The notes: generated by a model not told the origin, from the sequence alone. A DNA stretch of 64,000 nt from Syntrophales bacterium (GCA_035358035.1 DAOPOS010000001.1:37189-101188), one strand, 5' to 3'; positions 18,198 to 27,655 are shown, counted from the stretch's first letter. Numbers and translations: made by a program.

Positions 18198-18369
18198 CGC
18201 ACCCCCCCGCGGTCGACGCCCGGGGGATGAATCTGGCGCCGGAGGCGTTGCCGCGGATTGACATTCCGGGCCCATCCGGGGTATGGGTTCGGAACGCCGC
18301 GTTCGGGATGCGGCCGTTTCGGGGGAAAGAAAGGAACGTTACATTCCGGACAAAGGGGGGAATCGACCC

Positions 18370-19101
18370 ATGATGGACCGCGTGATCGGAATCCTGTTTC
18401 TCGTCTTCATCGCCGTCACGAGCGTGTTCTTCTTCGCGATCGCGCTCACGATCTGGCTCCTGACGGTCCTCTTCGACCGTCGCCTGATCCTCCTCCACTA
18501 CTACAGCTCCTTCTGGGCCTCCTTCTACCTCTGGGTGATGCCGGCCTGGTCGGTCTCCATCGAGGGCCGGGAGCGCATCGGCCGGAAGACCTACGTCGCC
18601 GTCTCCAATCACCAGTCGCTCCTGGACATCCTGGTCGTCTTCCGCATCTTCTTCCCCTTCAAATGGGTGTCGAAGGCGGAGGTCTTCAAGATTCCCCTGA
18701 TCGGCTGGAACATGCGGCTGAACCGCTATATCCTGCTGGTCCGCGGCGACAAGGACAGCATCCGGCAGATGCTCGAGGACTGCAACCGGGCGCTGGCCAC
18801 GGGGAGTTCGATCTTCATGTTCCCGGAAGGGACCCGCTCGGAGACGGGCCTCCTCCGGCCGTTCAAGACCGGGGCATTCAGCCTGGCCCTGGACAACCAT
18901 CTGCCCATCCTGCCCGTCGCCATCTCCGGCACGCGGGATGCGCTGCCGAAATACAGCTTCAAGTTCCACGGCGTCAAGAAGATCCGGGTACGGATCCTGG
19001 AGGAGATCCCCTACGAGGCCTTTGCCGCGAAGAGCGTCGAGGAGACGGCGGCGATGGTCCGGGAGCGGATCGCCGCCCACGTCGACCCACCCACACCGTG
19101 A
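18370..19101 (+). CDS. plsC: 1-acyl-sn-glycerol-3-phosphate acyltransferase family
   Basis: NHQSLLD (HX4D) and FPEGTRS motifs, with an N-terminal TM segment. Confidence 0.85.
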   Translation: MMDRVIGILFLVFIAVTSVFFFAIALTIWLLTVLFDRRLILLHYYSSFWASFYLWVMPAWSVSIEGRERIGRKTYVAVSNHQSLLDILVVFRIFFPFKWVSKAEVFKIPLIGWNMRLNRYILLVRGDKDSIRQMLEDCNRALATGSSIFMFPEGTRSETGLLRPFKTGAFSLALDNHLPILPVAISGTRDALPKYSFKFHGVKKIRVRILEEIPYEAFAAKSVEETAAMVRERIAAHVDPPTP

Positions 19102-19144
19102 CCCCCGACCCGAAACGGCACCTGCGACCGTCTCCCGCCAAACG

Positions 19145-20578
19145 TCAGGCGAGGCCGCACAACGCCTTGACGTTCAGGATCTTTTGGGAAAGGTCGTAAT
19201 TCCGGAACACCTCGACCCGGTTCGTTTCCGGCGTCCCCCCCGCGCAGATGGCGCTGGCCGTCAGGTAGCCACCGAAGCGCGAGGCCGTTAGATCCTGAAT
19301 GAAATAGAGAAGTTTCAGACGATCCTCGGTGGGGACGCCGTCGACGCCCTTGAGGTATTTGTCGATGTACGCCCGCGAGGCCTCGTTCAGGCATTCCGTC
19401 TCGGCCGGCATGGTCGTGACGATGCCGCCAGCGATCTCCTGGAGGGCGCCGAGAAACCCGATGAAGCGACGGCGGCAGTGGTAGAGGCCCGCGTTTGCGA
19501 CGGACGAGTCGGGAATGGGGATGCCGCTCGGATGCATGACCGACTTCGCGACGGAGGCAAGGGCGCACCCCCATCCGATCTCCGAGGCGATCATCATGTC
19601 CGTCAGCTTGCTCCGGATGTGGCTTGCCCGGGCCGTCCCGTTGTATTGGGAGATGAGCGCCGCGGCCCCGATCAGGATGTCCGTCCGGGCCGAGGTGCAG
19701 GTCCCCTTGCACATCCGGACGTACGGCGAGAAGTACTGGATCAGGTTCTTCGTGAACTCCCATTCCCCGCACATGAAGACGCGCTCCCAGGGAACGAAGA
19801 CATGATCGAAGACGGTCAGGCACTCGACGAATCCGATGTGGCCGCTCACCGGGTTCTCCAGCGTCCGGGGCGTCAGGGGACCCGGCGCCGGTCGCGTGAT
19901 GTACGTGATCCCCGGCGTGTCCACCGGGACGGCAAAAGAGACGGCGTAGTCCCGGTCCGCCTCCGTCAGAACGCCCGAGGGGCAGGTAAAGACGTAATGG
20001 GTGACGGGCGCGTTGGACGTGTGGAGCTTGGCCCCGTTGACGACGATGCCGTCCGTCCTCCGCTCGACCACCCGCAGATAGAGGTCCGGGTCCGCCTGCG
20101 CGGAGGGGGCGAGGGACCGGTCTCCCTTCGGATCCATGACGCCCATGCAGTAGCGGAAATCGTTCGTCTGGAGTTCCCGGAAGAACGCCCTGAGCCGCTC
20201 GTGGTAGCACGTGCCTCGCGCCCGGTCGATGTCGTACGTCACCGCCCAGAGGACGTTGAGCCCCGTGATCATGCACATGGAACAGAAATGGCGGGCGTTC
20301 TGCGCCTTCATCGCCTCGATCATCCGGCGGACGTCCTCGGGGGTCTCGCGAAGGTGCGTCCAGAAGCTGACCGGCGCGTCGATGAGATGCGACCGGAACG
20401 TGAAATCCGCGGCGGTTCGCTCATCGTTCGCCCAATCGTAGAACTTGCACATCTCTTCCAGGGAGATCCTGAAATACGGGCTGTGGACGACGTCGTGAAT
20501 CTTTTCGCCCCCGATGTAGACCACGGGTTTCTGCTTCGCCAGGCTCGCCAGGTACGCTTCGCTCGTCTTGATTCCCAT
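19145..20578 (-). CDS. 4-hydroxybutyryl-CoA dehydratase/vinylacetyl-CoA isomerase family protein (divergent)
   Basis: DPKGDRSLAPSAQADPDLYLRVVERRTDGIVVNGAKLHTS and EADRDYAVSFAVP closely resemble AbfD from memory. AAAGGAG lies 7 nt before the ATG. Confidence 0.8.
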   Translation of the reverse strand: MGIKTSEAYLASLAKQKPVVYIGGEKIHDVVHSPYFRISLEEMCKFYDWANDERTAADFTFRSHLIDAPVSFWTHLRETPEDVRRMIEAMKAQNARHFCSMCMITGLNVLWAVTYDIDRARGTCYHERLRAFFRELQTNDFRYCMGVMDPKGDRSLAPSAQADPDLYLRVVERRTDGIVVNGAKLHTSNAPVTHYVFTCPSGVLTEADRDYAVSFAVPVDTPGITYITRPAPGPLTPRTLENPVSGHIGFVECLTVFDHVFVPWERVFMCGEWEFTKNLIQYFSPYVRMCKGTCTSARTDILIGAAALISQYNGTARASHIRSKLTDMMIASEIGWGCALASVAKSVMHPSGIPIPDSSVANAGLYHCRRRFIGFLGALQEIAGGIVTTMPAETECLNEASRAYIDKYLKGVDGVPTEDRLKLLYFIQDLTASRFGGYLTASAICAGGTPETNRVEVFRNYDLSQKILNVKALCGLA

Positions 20579-20690
20579 GCCATGACTCCTTTCTGTCCCG
20601 CGCCGAAGCGGCGCCTCCCCAACCTTCAGACCGGCCGCCGGACGGGAGGATCCCCCCGAATCCCCCCGGCGCGAACGGACGGCACAATCG

Positions 20691-21818
20691 TTATCCGAAC
20701 ATCTTCTTGAGCGCTGAAGGGTTCGCCTTCAGGCTCTGGAACGTGGCGTTGAGCATCTCCGCGTTCCGGGCGACCAGGGCCATCTGCTGCAGCGCATCGA
20801 GACGGGGCTTCATCTTCTCCCGCCAGCGCGCCTCGTAGACCGACAGGAACGCCTCGGAAAAGTCGCCCTTTTCGAGCGCCTCGAGGGCCGTCTGCGCGGC
20901 GAAGCCGCCGCTCCGGACGCTGTTGGCGATGCCCTCGAGGATGAAGGGATCGACGAAACTGCCGGCATCGCCGATGAGCATGGCGCCGGCCGCGTAGGTC
21001 TTGCCGATCTGTCCGGCGCTCGGCACGCGCCACCCCATCCAGTCGCTGACCTTCCGGGCCTTGCGCAGCTTCTCTCCGAAGGGGCTCGTCTCGATGAATT
21101 TCCGGGTCAGCGCCTCGACGTCCTCCAGGGCCTGAACGTACGGCGTCATCTGGTAGCCGATGCCCACGTTGACGACGTCGCCGTAGCCCGGGTGGGGGCT
21201 CAGGCAGACGAAGCCCGGGAAGAAGTAGGGGTCGTAGTGCACCTCCATCGTCCTCAGCGGCGGATCGCAGTCCGCGTAGTAGGCCCGGCCGGCCAGGAAC
21301 ACCTCGTCGTAGTTGTCCGAAAACAGGCCCAGGCGCTTCGCCACCCAGCTGTGGCTGCCGTCCGCGCCGATGACGATCCGGGCCGGGTATTCGACGAACC
21401 TGCCCTCGTACTTGGCCTTGATCCCGACCACCTGCCCGCGGTCCATCATCAGGTCGTTCACCCAGAACGCCTCCAGCACCTTGGCGCCCTGCCGCGCGGC
21501 GGCCTCCTTGAGGATGTTGTCCCCCACGCGCCGAGGGCAGGTGACGCTCAGAACGTTCGGGCCTTTGAGCGCCGTGTAGTCCGGAGAGGTGAGCATCAGC
21601 TCCGGAAAGAGGAATCCCTTCTCCAGCAGTTCGTCGTAGGCGCCGATCTCCCTGTAGGCATCGACGCCGTAGCGTCCGTAGATGTCCGAACAGGGCTTTT
21701 CCCGGGGAAACCGCTCCTTGTCGACCAGAAGCACGTCGCACCCCGCCATGGCGAGCCGGGCCGCGGTCGTGCTCCCGCCCGGCCCCGCTCCGACAACGAT
21801 GACATCCCAGGTTTTCAT
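20691..21818 (-). CDS. FAD-dependent oxidoreductase, geranylgeranyl-reductase family
   Basis: MKTWDVIVVGAGPGGSTTA (GxGxxG) and GDAGSFVDP motifs. AAGGAGG lies 7 nt upstream. ATGA overlap with the upstream gene. Confidence 0.85.
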   Translation of the reverse strand: MKTWDVIVVGAGPGGSTTAARLAMAGCDVLLVDKERFPREKPCSDIYGRYGVDAYREIGAYDELLEKGFLFPELMLTSPDYTALKGPNVLSVTCPRRVGDNILKEAAARQGAKVLEAFWVNDLMMDRGQVVGIKAKYEGRFVEYPARIVIGADGSHSWVAKRLGLFSDNYDEVFLAGRAYYADCDPPLRTMEVHYDPYFFPGFVCLSPHPGYGDVVNVGIGYQMTPYVQALEDVEALTRKFIETSPFGEKLRKARKVSDWMGWRVPSAGQIGKTYAAGAMLIGDAGSFVDPFILEGIANSVRSGGFAAQTALEALEKGDFSEAFLSVYEARWREKMKPRLDALQQMALVARNAEMLNATFQSLKANPSALKKMFG

Positions 21819-23605
21819 GACCGCACCTCCTTGGTCGGCGCCGTGTTTTCCTGCGCGCGCGGCCGATCCATGCGGATGACGTCTCCCTGCGGGCATGCCG
21901 CGGCACACGTGCCGCACCCGATGCACAGGTCATGATGGACATCGACGTAACCGCACTTCATGCAGCGGCGGGCATCCTCGACCGCTTGGGCGACGTCCAT
22001 CGCGCCCTCCACCTCGTCGAAGCCCGTCACGGCGTCCTCCGGCCGCAGGGCCGGGATACCGGCCACGTTGAGCTTTTCCAGCCGCACGGGGAAGATCTTC
22101 TCGTCGACCGGCGCCCCGACCGGCGCCTTTTCCTTGGGCGCCGGAGCGGTCCGGCCCCTCAGGTAGGCGTCGATGGCCGTGGCGGCCCGGCGCGCCGACG
22201 CCACCGCCTCGACCACGGATCCCCTGGCCTCGACGAGGTCGCCCGCGACGAATACCCCCGCGAGGGTCGTCATCTGGGTGGCCGGGTCGATCCGGACCCG
22301 CCCCCGCGCGTCCATTTCGATTCCCGCCGTTTTCGCGAAGACGCCGGGGTCCGGCTTCTGGCCGACGGCGAAGACGACCGTATCGGCCTCCACGCGGAAC
22401 CGGCCCGTGCTGTCCGTGTCGCACTCGATCCCGCACTCGCCCAGGGCAAAGCGCGTGACGGGGTCCATATCCACCCACCGGACCTTCTGCCAGTCCCCGC
22501 CGATGGCGACCGGAGCGGCGGAACGGATGAAGCGGACGCCTTCGTCCTCGGCCTCCTGAAGCTCCCAGCTGAAGGCCGGCATGTCGCATTCCCCCTCGAC
22601 GCAGGCAACGGCGACGTCGAAGGCCCCCAGCCTGAGCAGCGTCCGGGCGACGTCGGTGGCGACGCTGCCGCCGCCGATGACGAGCGCCTTTTCCCCGACC
22701 TTGAGCGGGAAGCCCGCCTTGACGGAGGTCATGAACTCGACGGCGTTGAAAACGCCCATGAAATCGGCGCCGGGAATGGGGAGCTTGACCCCCTTCGGGG
22801 CGCCCGCGGCCACGAGGACGGCGTCGCACTCGCGGGCGAGCAGATCGGCGATGGAGGGGTTCCGGCCGATCTCGACGTTCGGCCGGAAGGTCACGCCCCG
22901 GGAGAGAATCGCCTTGAAATCCCGTTCGAGGGCCTGGGCCGGCAGACGGAACGACGGCACCGACTTCGCGAGCATCCCGCCGAAGGACGGCGACGCGTCG
23001 TAAATCACGCATTCATAGCCGCGCGTCGACAGGTCGTGGGCGGCGGCAACACCCGCCGGCCCGGCGCCGACGATCGCCACGCGCTCGGCGTACTTGCGCG
23101 GGTAGCGCCCCGCTTCAACCCAGCCCTTTTCGTAGGCCATGTCGGCGACGAACCGCTTCATGGCGCGGATGGGCAGGGGGGCGTCGATGAGCTTGCCCCG
23201 CTTGCAGGCGTCCTCGCAGGGGCGGGAGCAGATCCGCCCCAGCACGGAGGGGAGGGGGTTGACGGCGATGATCCGCTCCCACGCCTTATCGAAGGCGCCC
23301 TCCGCCACCTGGTTGACGTAGCCCTCCGGAAAATGGCCGATCGGGCAGGCGCCGGCGCAGGACTGAGCCGTCAGCGCCTCCATGTCCCGCGGGAACAGGA
23401 TGGGGCTGTCGGCGCAGTCCGGACAGAGGCGGCAGATCTGCCGCTGGAGCTCATAGATCGCCCCGGTGGGACACGCCCGAAGGCACGTGCCGCAGTTGAT
23501 GCAGGCCTCCGTCTTCATGACGGGCGATGCGACCTTTTTCAGGCCGACGGGAGTTCCGCCCCCCTGGGTGAGGCGAATCTCGATAGGATTGACCATATCC
23601 CTCAT
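21815..23605 (-). CDS. GltD/NfnB-like NAD(P)H-dependent Fe-S flavoprotein with extra ferredoxin domains
   Basis: CINCGTCLRACP at the N-terminus, a GltD-like core (RICSRPCEDAC, VAIVGAGPAGVAAA, VIGGGSVA), and a C-terminal CIGCGTCAAACP. The start at MRDMVNP follows AGGAGG by 7 nt. Confidence 0.85.
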   Translation of the reverse strand: MRDMVNPIEIRLTQGGGTPVGLKKVASPVMKTEACINCGTCLRACPTGAIYELQRQICRLCPDCADSPILFPRDMEALTAQSCAGACPIGHFPEGYVNQVAEGAFDKAWERIIAVNPLPSVLGRICSRPCEDACKRGKLIDAPLPIRAMKRFVADMAYEKGWVEAGRYPRKYAERVAIVGAGPAGVAAAHDLSTRGYECVIYDASPSFGGMLAKSVPSFRLPAQALERDFKAILSRGVTFRPNVEIGRNPSIADLLARECDAVLVAAGAPKGVKLPIPGADFMGVFNAVEFMTSVKAGFPLKVGEKALVIGGGSVATDVARTLLRLGAFDVAVACVEGECDMPAFSWELQEAEDEGVRFIRSAAPVAIGGDWQKVRWVDMDPVTRFALGECGIECDTDSTGRFRVEADTVVFAVGQKPDPGVFAKTAGIEMDARGRVRIDPATQMTTLAGVFVAGDLVEARGSVVEAVASARRAATAIDAYLRGRTAPAPKEKAPVGAPVDEKIFPVRLEKLNVAGIPALRPEDAVTGFDEVEGAMDVAQAVEDARRCMKCGYVDVHHDLCIGCGTCAAACPQGDVIRMDRPRAQENTAPTKEVRS

Positions 23606-23716
23606 GAAAAAACCTCCTGACTGTAGTGACCTCCTCGACATACGGTCCACCCGGGCGCAAACCATAAGCTCCGCCATGGGGGTTCTCTGATACACCCTGC
23701 ATGGACCGCGGGCGAG

Positions 23717-23745
23717 ACCATAGTCAAAAGGGCACACCCCGTCAA
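23717..23745 (-). promoter_or_regulatory. Sigma-70-like promoter candidate for the redox operon (TTGACG-N17-TATGGT on the minus strand)
   Basis: Hexamers read on the reverse complement, about 110 nt upstream of the 23605 start. Confidence 0.35.
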
Positions 23746-23818
23746 GACAATAATTCCTGCCGGCTTCCCGCGCCATGGAAGACAAATGTTCGAAAACACT
23801 GATGAAACAGGAGAGATA

Positions 23819-24061
23819 TCAAAAGCACCGTAAAAACCGCGCCTGGCAGGACCTCCTCCCCGAAGACAGGTGCGTCACGCCGCATCGGGGCACCGGTCGC
23901 CCGGGCGTTCGTGCGAGGCGGTCCGCGGCGATGAAGGCGACCGTCTGTTCATCCAGGACATGCGGGCGTCCGTAGATCGCGGCATTGACGCGGCCCTCGG
24001 CGTCGGCCGTGGACAACACGCCGATCCCCGTGTGCGTCTCGAAATAGGTGTCGAGCTTCAT
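23819..24061 (-). pseudogene. PNPOx-like (pyridoxamine 5'-phosphate oxidase family) N-terminal fragment, probably truncated or frameshifted
   Basis: The first ~49 aa (MKLDTYFETHTGIGVLSTADAEGRVNAAIYGRPHVLDEQTVAFIAADRL) look like the family. The remaining 31 aa are Arg/Pro/Cys-rich with no resemblance, and the ORF is ~50 aa shorter than remembered family members. Confidence 0.35.
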
Positions 24062-24516
24062 GTCTCCTCCTGATCGATTTTTCCCGCGGTTAAGAGGACG
24101 ACGGGACGTTCCGGCCTTTCCCCGCGGAGGGATTCAAGGTAGGCGGCGATCACCGGCCGGTCGGCCTCGGCCCAGTCGAGGATGGGCAGTTCCCCTGGCG
24201 GCAGCCAGACGACGGCCCGGTGCGCGTTCAGCACGGGCTCGCCCACGGTGATCGTGCACACGAAGGGGTACAGGGTCACGGCGAACGACGGGTAGCGGTG
24301 CGGTGCGGGGTCGAGCGGGCGCTTCACGTCGACGCGCAGGGCCATCTCCTCCATCAGTTCCCGGTGGAGGCAGGCCTCCGGGCTCTCCCCCGGCCGGATC
24401 TTGCCGCCGGGGAACTCCCATTTGAAGGCCATGCTCCCGCCTCCGCCGCGCTGCGCCGCCAGGACCCGTCCGTCGCGTTCGATGATGGCGCAGGTGACAT
24501 GGAGGTGTCGGGTCAT
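24058..24516 (-). CDS. NUDIX hydrolase (MutT-like)
   Basis: Nudix box GGKIRPGESPEACLHRELMEEMAL. ATGA overlap with the downstream fragment. Confidence 0.85.
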   Translation of the reverse strand: MTRHLHVTCAIIERDGRVLAAQRGGGGSMAFKWEFPGGKIRPGESPEACLHRELMEEMALRVDVKRPLDPAPHRYPSFAVTLYPFVCTITVGEPVLNAHRAVVWLPPGELPILDWAEADRPVIAAYLESLRGERPERPVVLLTAGKIDQEET

Positions 24517-24652
24517 GGCTTACGGCCGATCGTGCGGATGGAATGGGCCATCCTGCCCCCAAAACCACCCTTTTGTCAATGAAGAAGGCCGGGGATAACC
24601 GGCGCGCGCGACGCGGACGCCCTGTGGTCCCGGGACGCGCCCGGATAAGCCT

Positions 24653-24681
24653 TTGACAAGGCCGGTGAATCACGTTAAAAG
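24653..24681 (+). promoter_or_regulatory. Sigma-70-like promoter candidate upstream of feoAB (TTGACA-N17-TAAAAG)
   Basis: Hexamers read directly, about 90 nt upstream of the ATG at 24773. Confidence 0.35.
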
Positions 24682-24772
24682 GGGTTCGCCGCGCGGGAAC
24701 GGGACCGGCGGCGCTGCGGGAAAGCCGCGCCGTCGTTCGCGCCGGGCGCGGGCAGCCCGGGATGAGGATGCG

Positions 24773-27019
24773 ATGCAGGACGAGAGGATCGCCATAACCG
24801 CCTTCCGTGAAGGGGAGGAGGGCGTGATTCACGCCGTCAGCGGGGGCCGCGGCCTGACGAGCCGGCTCGCCGGAATGGGGGTCGCCCCGGGCGCCCGCGT
24901 GCGCGTGACGCACAACAGCGGGGGCTGGGTGATCCTCCAGGTGTCCGATACCCGCGTGGCCCTCGGCCGCGGCGAGGCGGCCAAGATCCTCGCCGCCAAG
25001 CTGCGGGAGGCGCCGGAGGCGCCCGCGACCCGGCACGCCAGCCGGGGCTTGACCGTGGCGCTCGCCGGCCAGCCCAACGTGGGGAAATCCACCCTGTTCA
25101 ACATCCTGACGGGCCTCTCTCAGCACGTCGGCAACTGGCCGGGCAAGACCGTCGAAAAGAAGGAGGGCACCCACGCGACGGAGGCGTTCGAGATGCGGAT
25201 CGTCGACCTCCCCGGCACCTACAGCCTGACCGCCTTCTCGGAGGAGGAGCGGGTGGCCCGCGATTTCGTCATCGACGTCCACCCCGACGTCATCATCCTG
25301 ATCGTCAGCGCGGCCGCCCTGGAGCGCGGCCTCTATCTCCTCGCGGAGATCCTGCTTTTGGAATCGCCGGTCATCGTCGCCGTGAACATGCTGGACGTCG
25401 CGGAGGCCCAGGGCATCGAGGTCGATCCCCAGGCGCTGGAACGGGCGGTAGGGGTGCCCGTGGTCCCGATGGTGGCCACGAAAAACAGCGGCATCCGGGA
25501 ACTGGTGGCCCGCCTCACGGCCCTGGCCGAAGGGAAGGAGCAGGGCCATCCCCGCATCCCCGCGATTCATCCGGACCACGCGGAGATCTACCGGAAGATC
25601 GCCGCCGCGATCGACCCCTATGTCGAGCACCCCTACACGGTGCGCTGGACGGCCACGAAACTGATGGAGGGCGACCCGGAAGTGACGAAGATCATGGAGG
25701 GCGTCATCCCGGAGGCGGTCTGGAACCCCATCCAGGCCCTCCTCGTCCGGCATGAGGATTCGTTGCATGCCGTGGTGGCCGGACGGTACGAGTGGATCGA
25801 GTCCGTCACCCGGGCGGCGGTATCGCGCCACCGGCTGGGCGAGGTTCTGATGACCGATCGGATCGATCACGTCCTGACGCGTCCCCTGTTCGGCATTCCC
25901 ATCCTGTTCGCCATCCTGGCGCTCGTCTTTGCCTTCACCTACCGGGTCGGATTCCCCCTGCAGGCCTGGCTGGAGCGCCTCATCGGCGCTGCGGCCGGCG
26001 TGCTGCGCCCCGTCCTGGCCCCGCTGCCGGACTGGCTGGGCGGCGTTCTGATCGACGGCGTGGTCGGCGGCGTCGGTTCGGTGCTGACCTTCCTGCCGAT
26101 CCTCATCATTTTTTTTGCCGTCATGGCGTTTCTGGAAGACGTGGGCTACATGGCGCGGGCATCCTTTGTCATGGACCGCTTCATGCACCTGATCGGTCTG
26201 CACGGGAAAAGCTTCCTGCCCCTGTGCCTGGGCTTCGGATGCAACGTGCCGTCCGTCATGGGGGCCCGCATCGTGGAGGCGAAGAAGGAGCGGCTGCTGA
26301 CGATCTTTCTCGCCCCCTTCATCCCCTGCACGGCGCGCCTCGCGGTGATCACCCTCGTTACCGGGGCGATGTTCGGGCCGCAGGCGATGTTCTGGGCCAC
26401 GGGACTGCTGGCCCTCAACCTGTTGCTTTTGGGGATCACGGGCATGGGGATCAGCCGGTTCCTGCTGAAGGCCGAGGCAACCCCCTTCATCATGGAGCTT
26501 CCCCTGTACCACCGTCCGGACCTCCGGACGATCGGTACGGCGGTCTGGATGCGTACCGCGGCCTTCGTCCGCAAGGCGGGAACCGTCATCCTCGCCGTGT
26601 CGGTCGCCGTCTGGCTCTTCTCGTACCTGCCGTACGGCCAGGTGGAAACGAGCCTGCTCGCAGGCTTCGGGCGTCTTCTGGAGCCGCTGGGGCGGCCGCT
26701 GGGACTCGACTGGAAGATGGTGACGGCCCTGCTCACCAGTATCGTCGCCAAGGAAAACGCCGTGGCCACGCTGGGGGTCCTGTATGCCGTCGGAGATCAG
26801 GGACTGGTCGCGATGCTGCCCCGAATCATCAGCCCTGCCTCGGCAGCGGCCTTTCTCGTCGTCCTGATGCTCTTTATCCCCTGCGCGGCCACGGTGGCCG
26901 TGATGCGCCGGGAACTGGCCGACAACAGGTGGTTTGCCGCGTCCCTCGCGTTCATGTTCGCCCTGTCCTACGCGGGCGGCGTGATCGCCTACCGTCTGGT
27001 CCTCCTGGCCGGCGTCTGA
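24773..27019 (+). CDS. feoB: Ferrous iron transporter FeoB with fused N-terminal FeoA domain
   Basis: The N-terminal ~85 aa are FeoA-like (LTSRLAGMGVAPGARVRV). The G-domain GQPNVGKSTLFN follows, then the polytopic FeoB membrane domain. Confidence 0.9.
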   Translation: MQDERIAITAFREGEEGVIHAVSGGRGLTSRLAGMGVAPGARVRVTHNSGGWVILQVSDTRVALGRGEAAKILAAKLREAPEAPATRHASRGLTVALAGQPNVGKSTLFNILTGLSQHVGNWPGKTVEKKEGTHATEAFEMRIVDLPGTYSLTAFSEEERVARDFVIDVHPDVIILIVSAAALERGLYLLAEILLLESPVIVAVNMLDVAEAQGIEVDPQALERAVGVPVVPMVATKNSGIRELVARLTALAEGKEQGHPRIPAIHPDHAEIYRKIAAAIDPYVEHPYTVRWTATKLMEGDPEVTKIMEGVIPEAVWNPIQALLVRHEDSLHAVVAGRYEWIESVTRAAVSRHRLGEVLMTDRIDHVLTRPLFGIPILFAILALVFAFTYRVGFPLQAWLERLIGAAAGVLRPVLAPLPDWLGGVLIDGVVGGVGSVLTFLPILIIFFAVMAFLEDVGYMARASFVMDRFMHLIGLHGKSFLPLCLGFGCNVPSVMGARIVEAKKERLLTIFLAPFIPCTARLAVITLVTGAMFGPQAMFWATGLLALNLLLLGITGMGISRFLLKAEATPFIMELPLYHRPDLRTIGTAVWMRTAAFVRKAGTVILAVSVAVWLFSYLPYGQVETSLLAGFGRLLEPLGRPLGLDWKMVTALLTSIVAKENAVATLGVLYAVGDQGLVAMLPRIISPASAAAFLVVLMLFIPCAATVAVMRRELADNRWFAASLAFMFALSYAGGVIAYRLVLLAGV

Positions 27020-27163
27020 GAGAGCGAAAATGCGCCCCGCAGGGTTGATTTCTCCGCCGGAGTGGTTAGATTACTCCCTGCCGGACGGATGACGACCAGG
27101 CGCCTTTCCATCGTCCCGCCGCGCGCCGGACCTGTTTCGAATACGTCAAGAGGGTTGAGGAAC

Positions 27164-27655
27164 ATGCCGATCTACGAGTTCTACTGCGCGAAGTGCAACA
27201 CGATCTACAACTTCTTCTCCCGGACCGCCAATACGGACAAGATCCCGACCTGTCCGAGGTGCAAGCGCGTCCGCCTCAAGCGGCAGATGTCCGTCTTCGC
27301 CAAGCTCTCCGGCGGCAAGGACGAGCCGCCCGCGGACGATATGCCGCCCATCGACGAGGCGAAGATGGAAAAGGCGATGGCGATGCTGGCGGGCGAAGCG
27401 GACAGGATCAACGAGGACGATCCCCGGCAGGCGGCGGCCCTCATGCGAAAGCTGAGCGACGCCACGGGGCTCAGGCTCGGGGCGGGGATGGAGGAGGCCC
27501 TGAGCCGGATGGAGCGCGGCGAGGACCCGGAAAGGATCGAGGCGGAGATGGGCGATCTGCTCGAGGGGGAAGAGCCGTTCCTGCTGGAGGCGAAGGGCAG
27601 AAAACCCGGCCGCAAATCCAGGCCCGCCGTGGACGACACCCTCTACGACCTGTAG
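27164..27655 (+). CDS. FmdB-family zinc-ribbon protein with acidic C-terminal extension
   Basis: MPIYEFYCAKCN..CPRCK is the typical FmdB/CxxC-CxxC N-terminus. Confidence 0.75.
   Translation: MPIYEFYCAKCNTIYNFFSRTANTDKIPTCPRCKRVRLKRQMSVFAKLSGGKDEPPADDMPPIDEAKMEKAMAMLAGEADRINEDDPRQAAALMRKLSDATGLRLGAGMEEALSRMERGEDPERIEAEMGDLLEGEEPFLLEAKGRKPGRKSRPAVDDTLYDL

Noticed and set aside
23786-23821. The TGA ending the PNPOx-like ORF is in the same frame as the upstream extension of the GltD-like ORF, raising the possibility of selenocysteine, readthrough or fusion
   Set aside because: The 11 intervening codons and the 60-codon extension look non-coding. The GltD-like gene has a strong AGGAGG-ATG start at 23605, no SECIS-like hairpin follows the TGA, and a shared frame is expected by chance one time in three.
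24517-24772. Fur box upstream of feoAB
   Set aside because: Only a vague resemblance (gtgaatcacgtt) to the GATAATGATAATCATTATC consensus, which is not enough to call.
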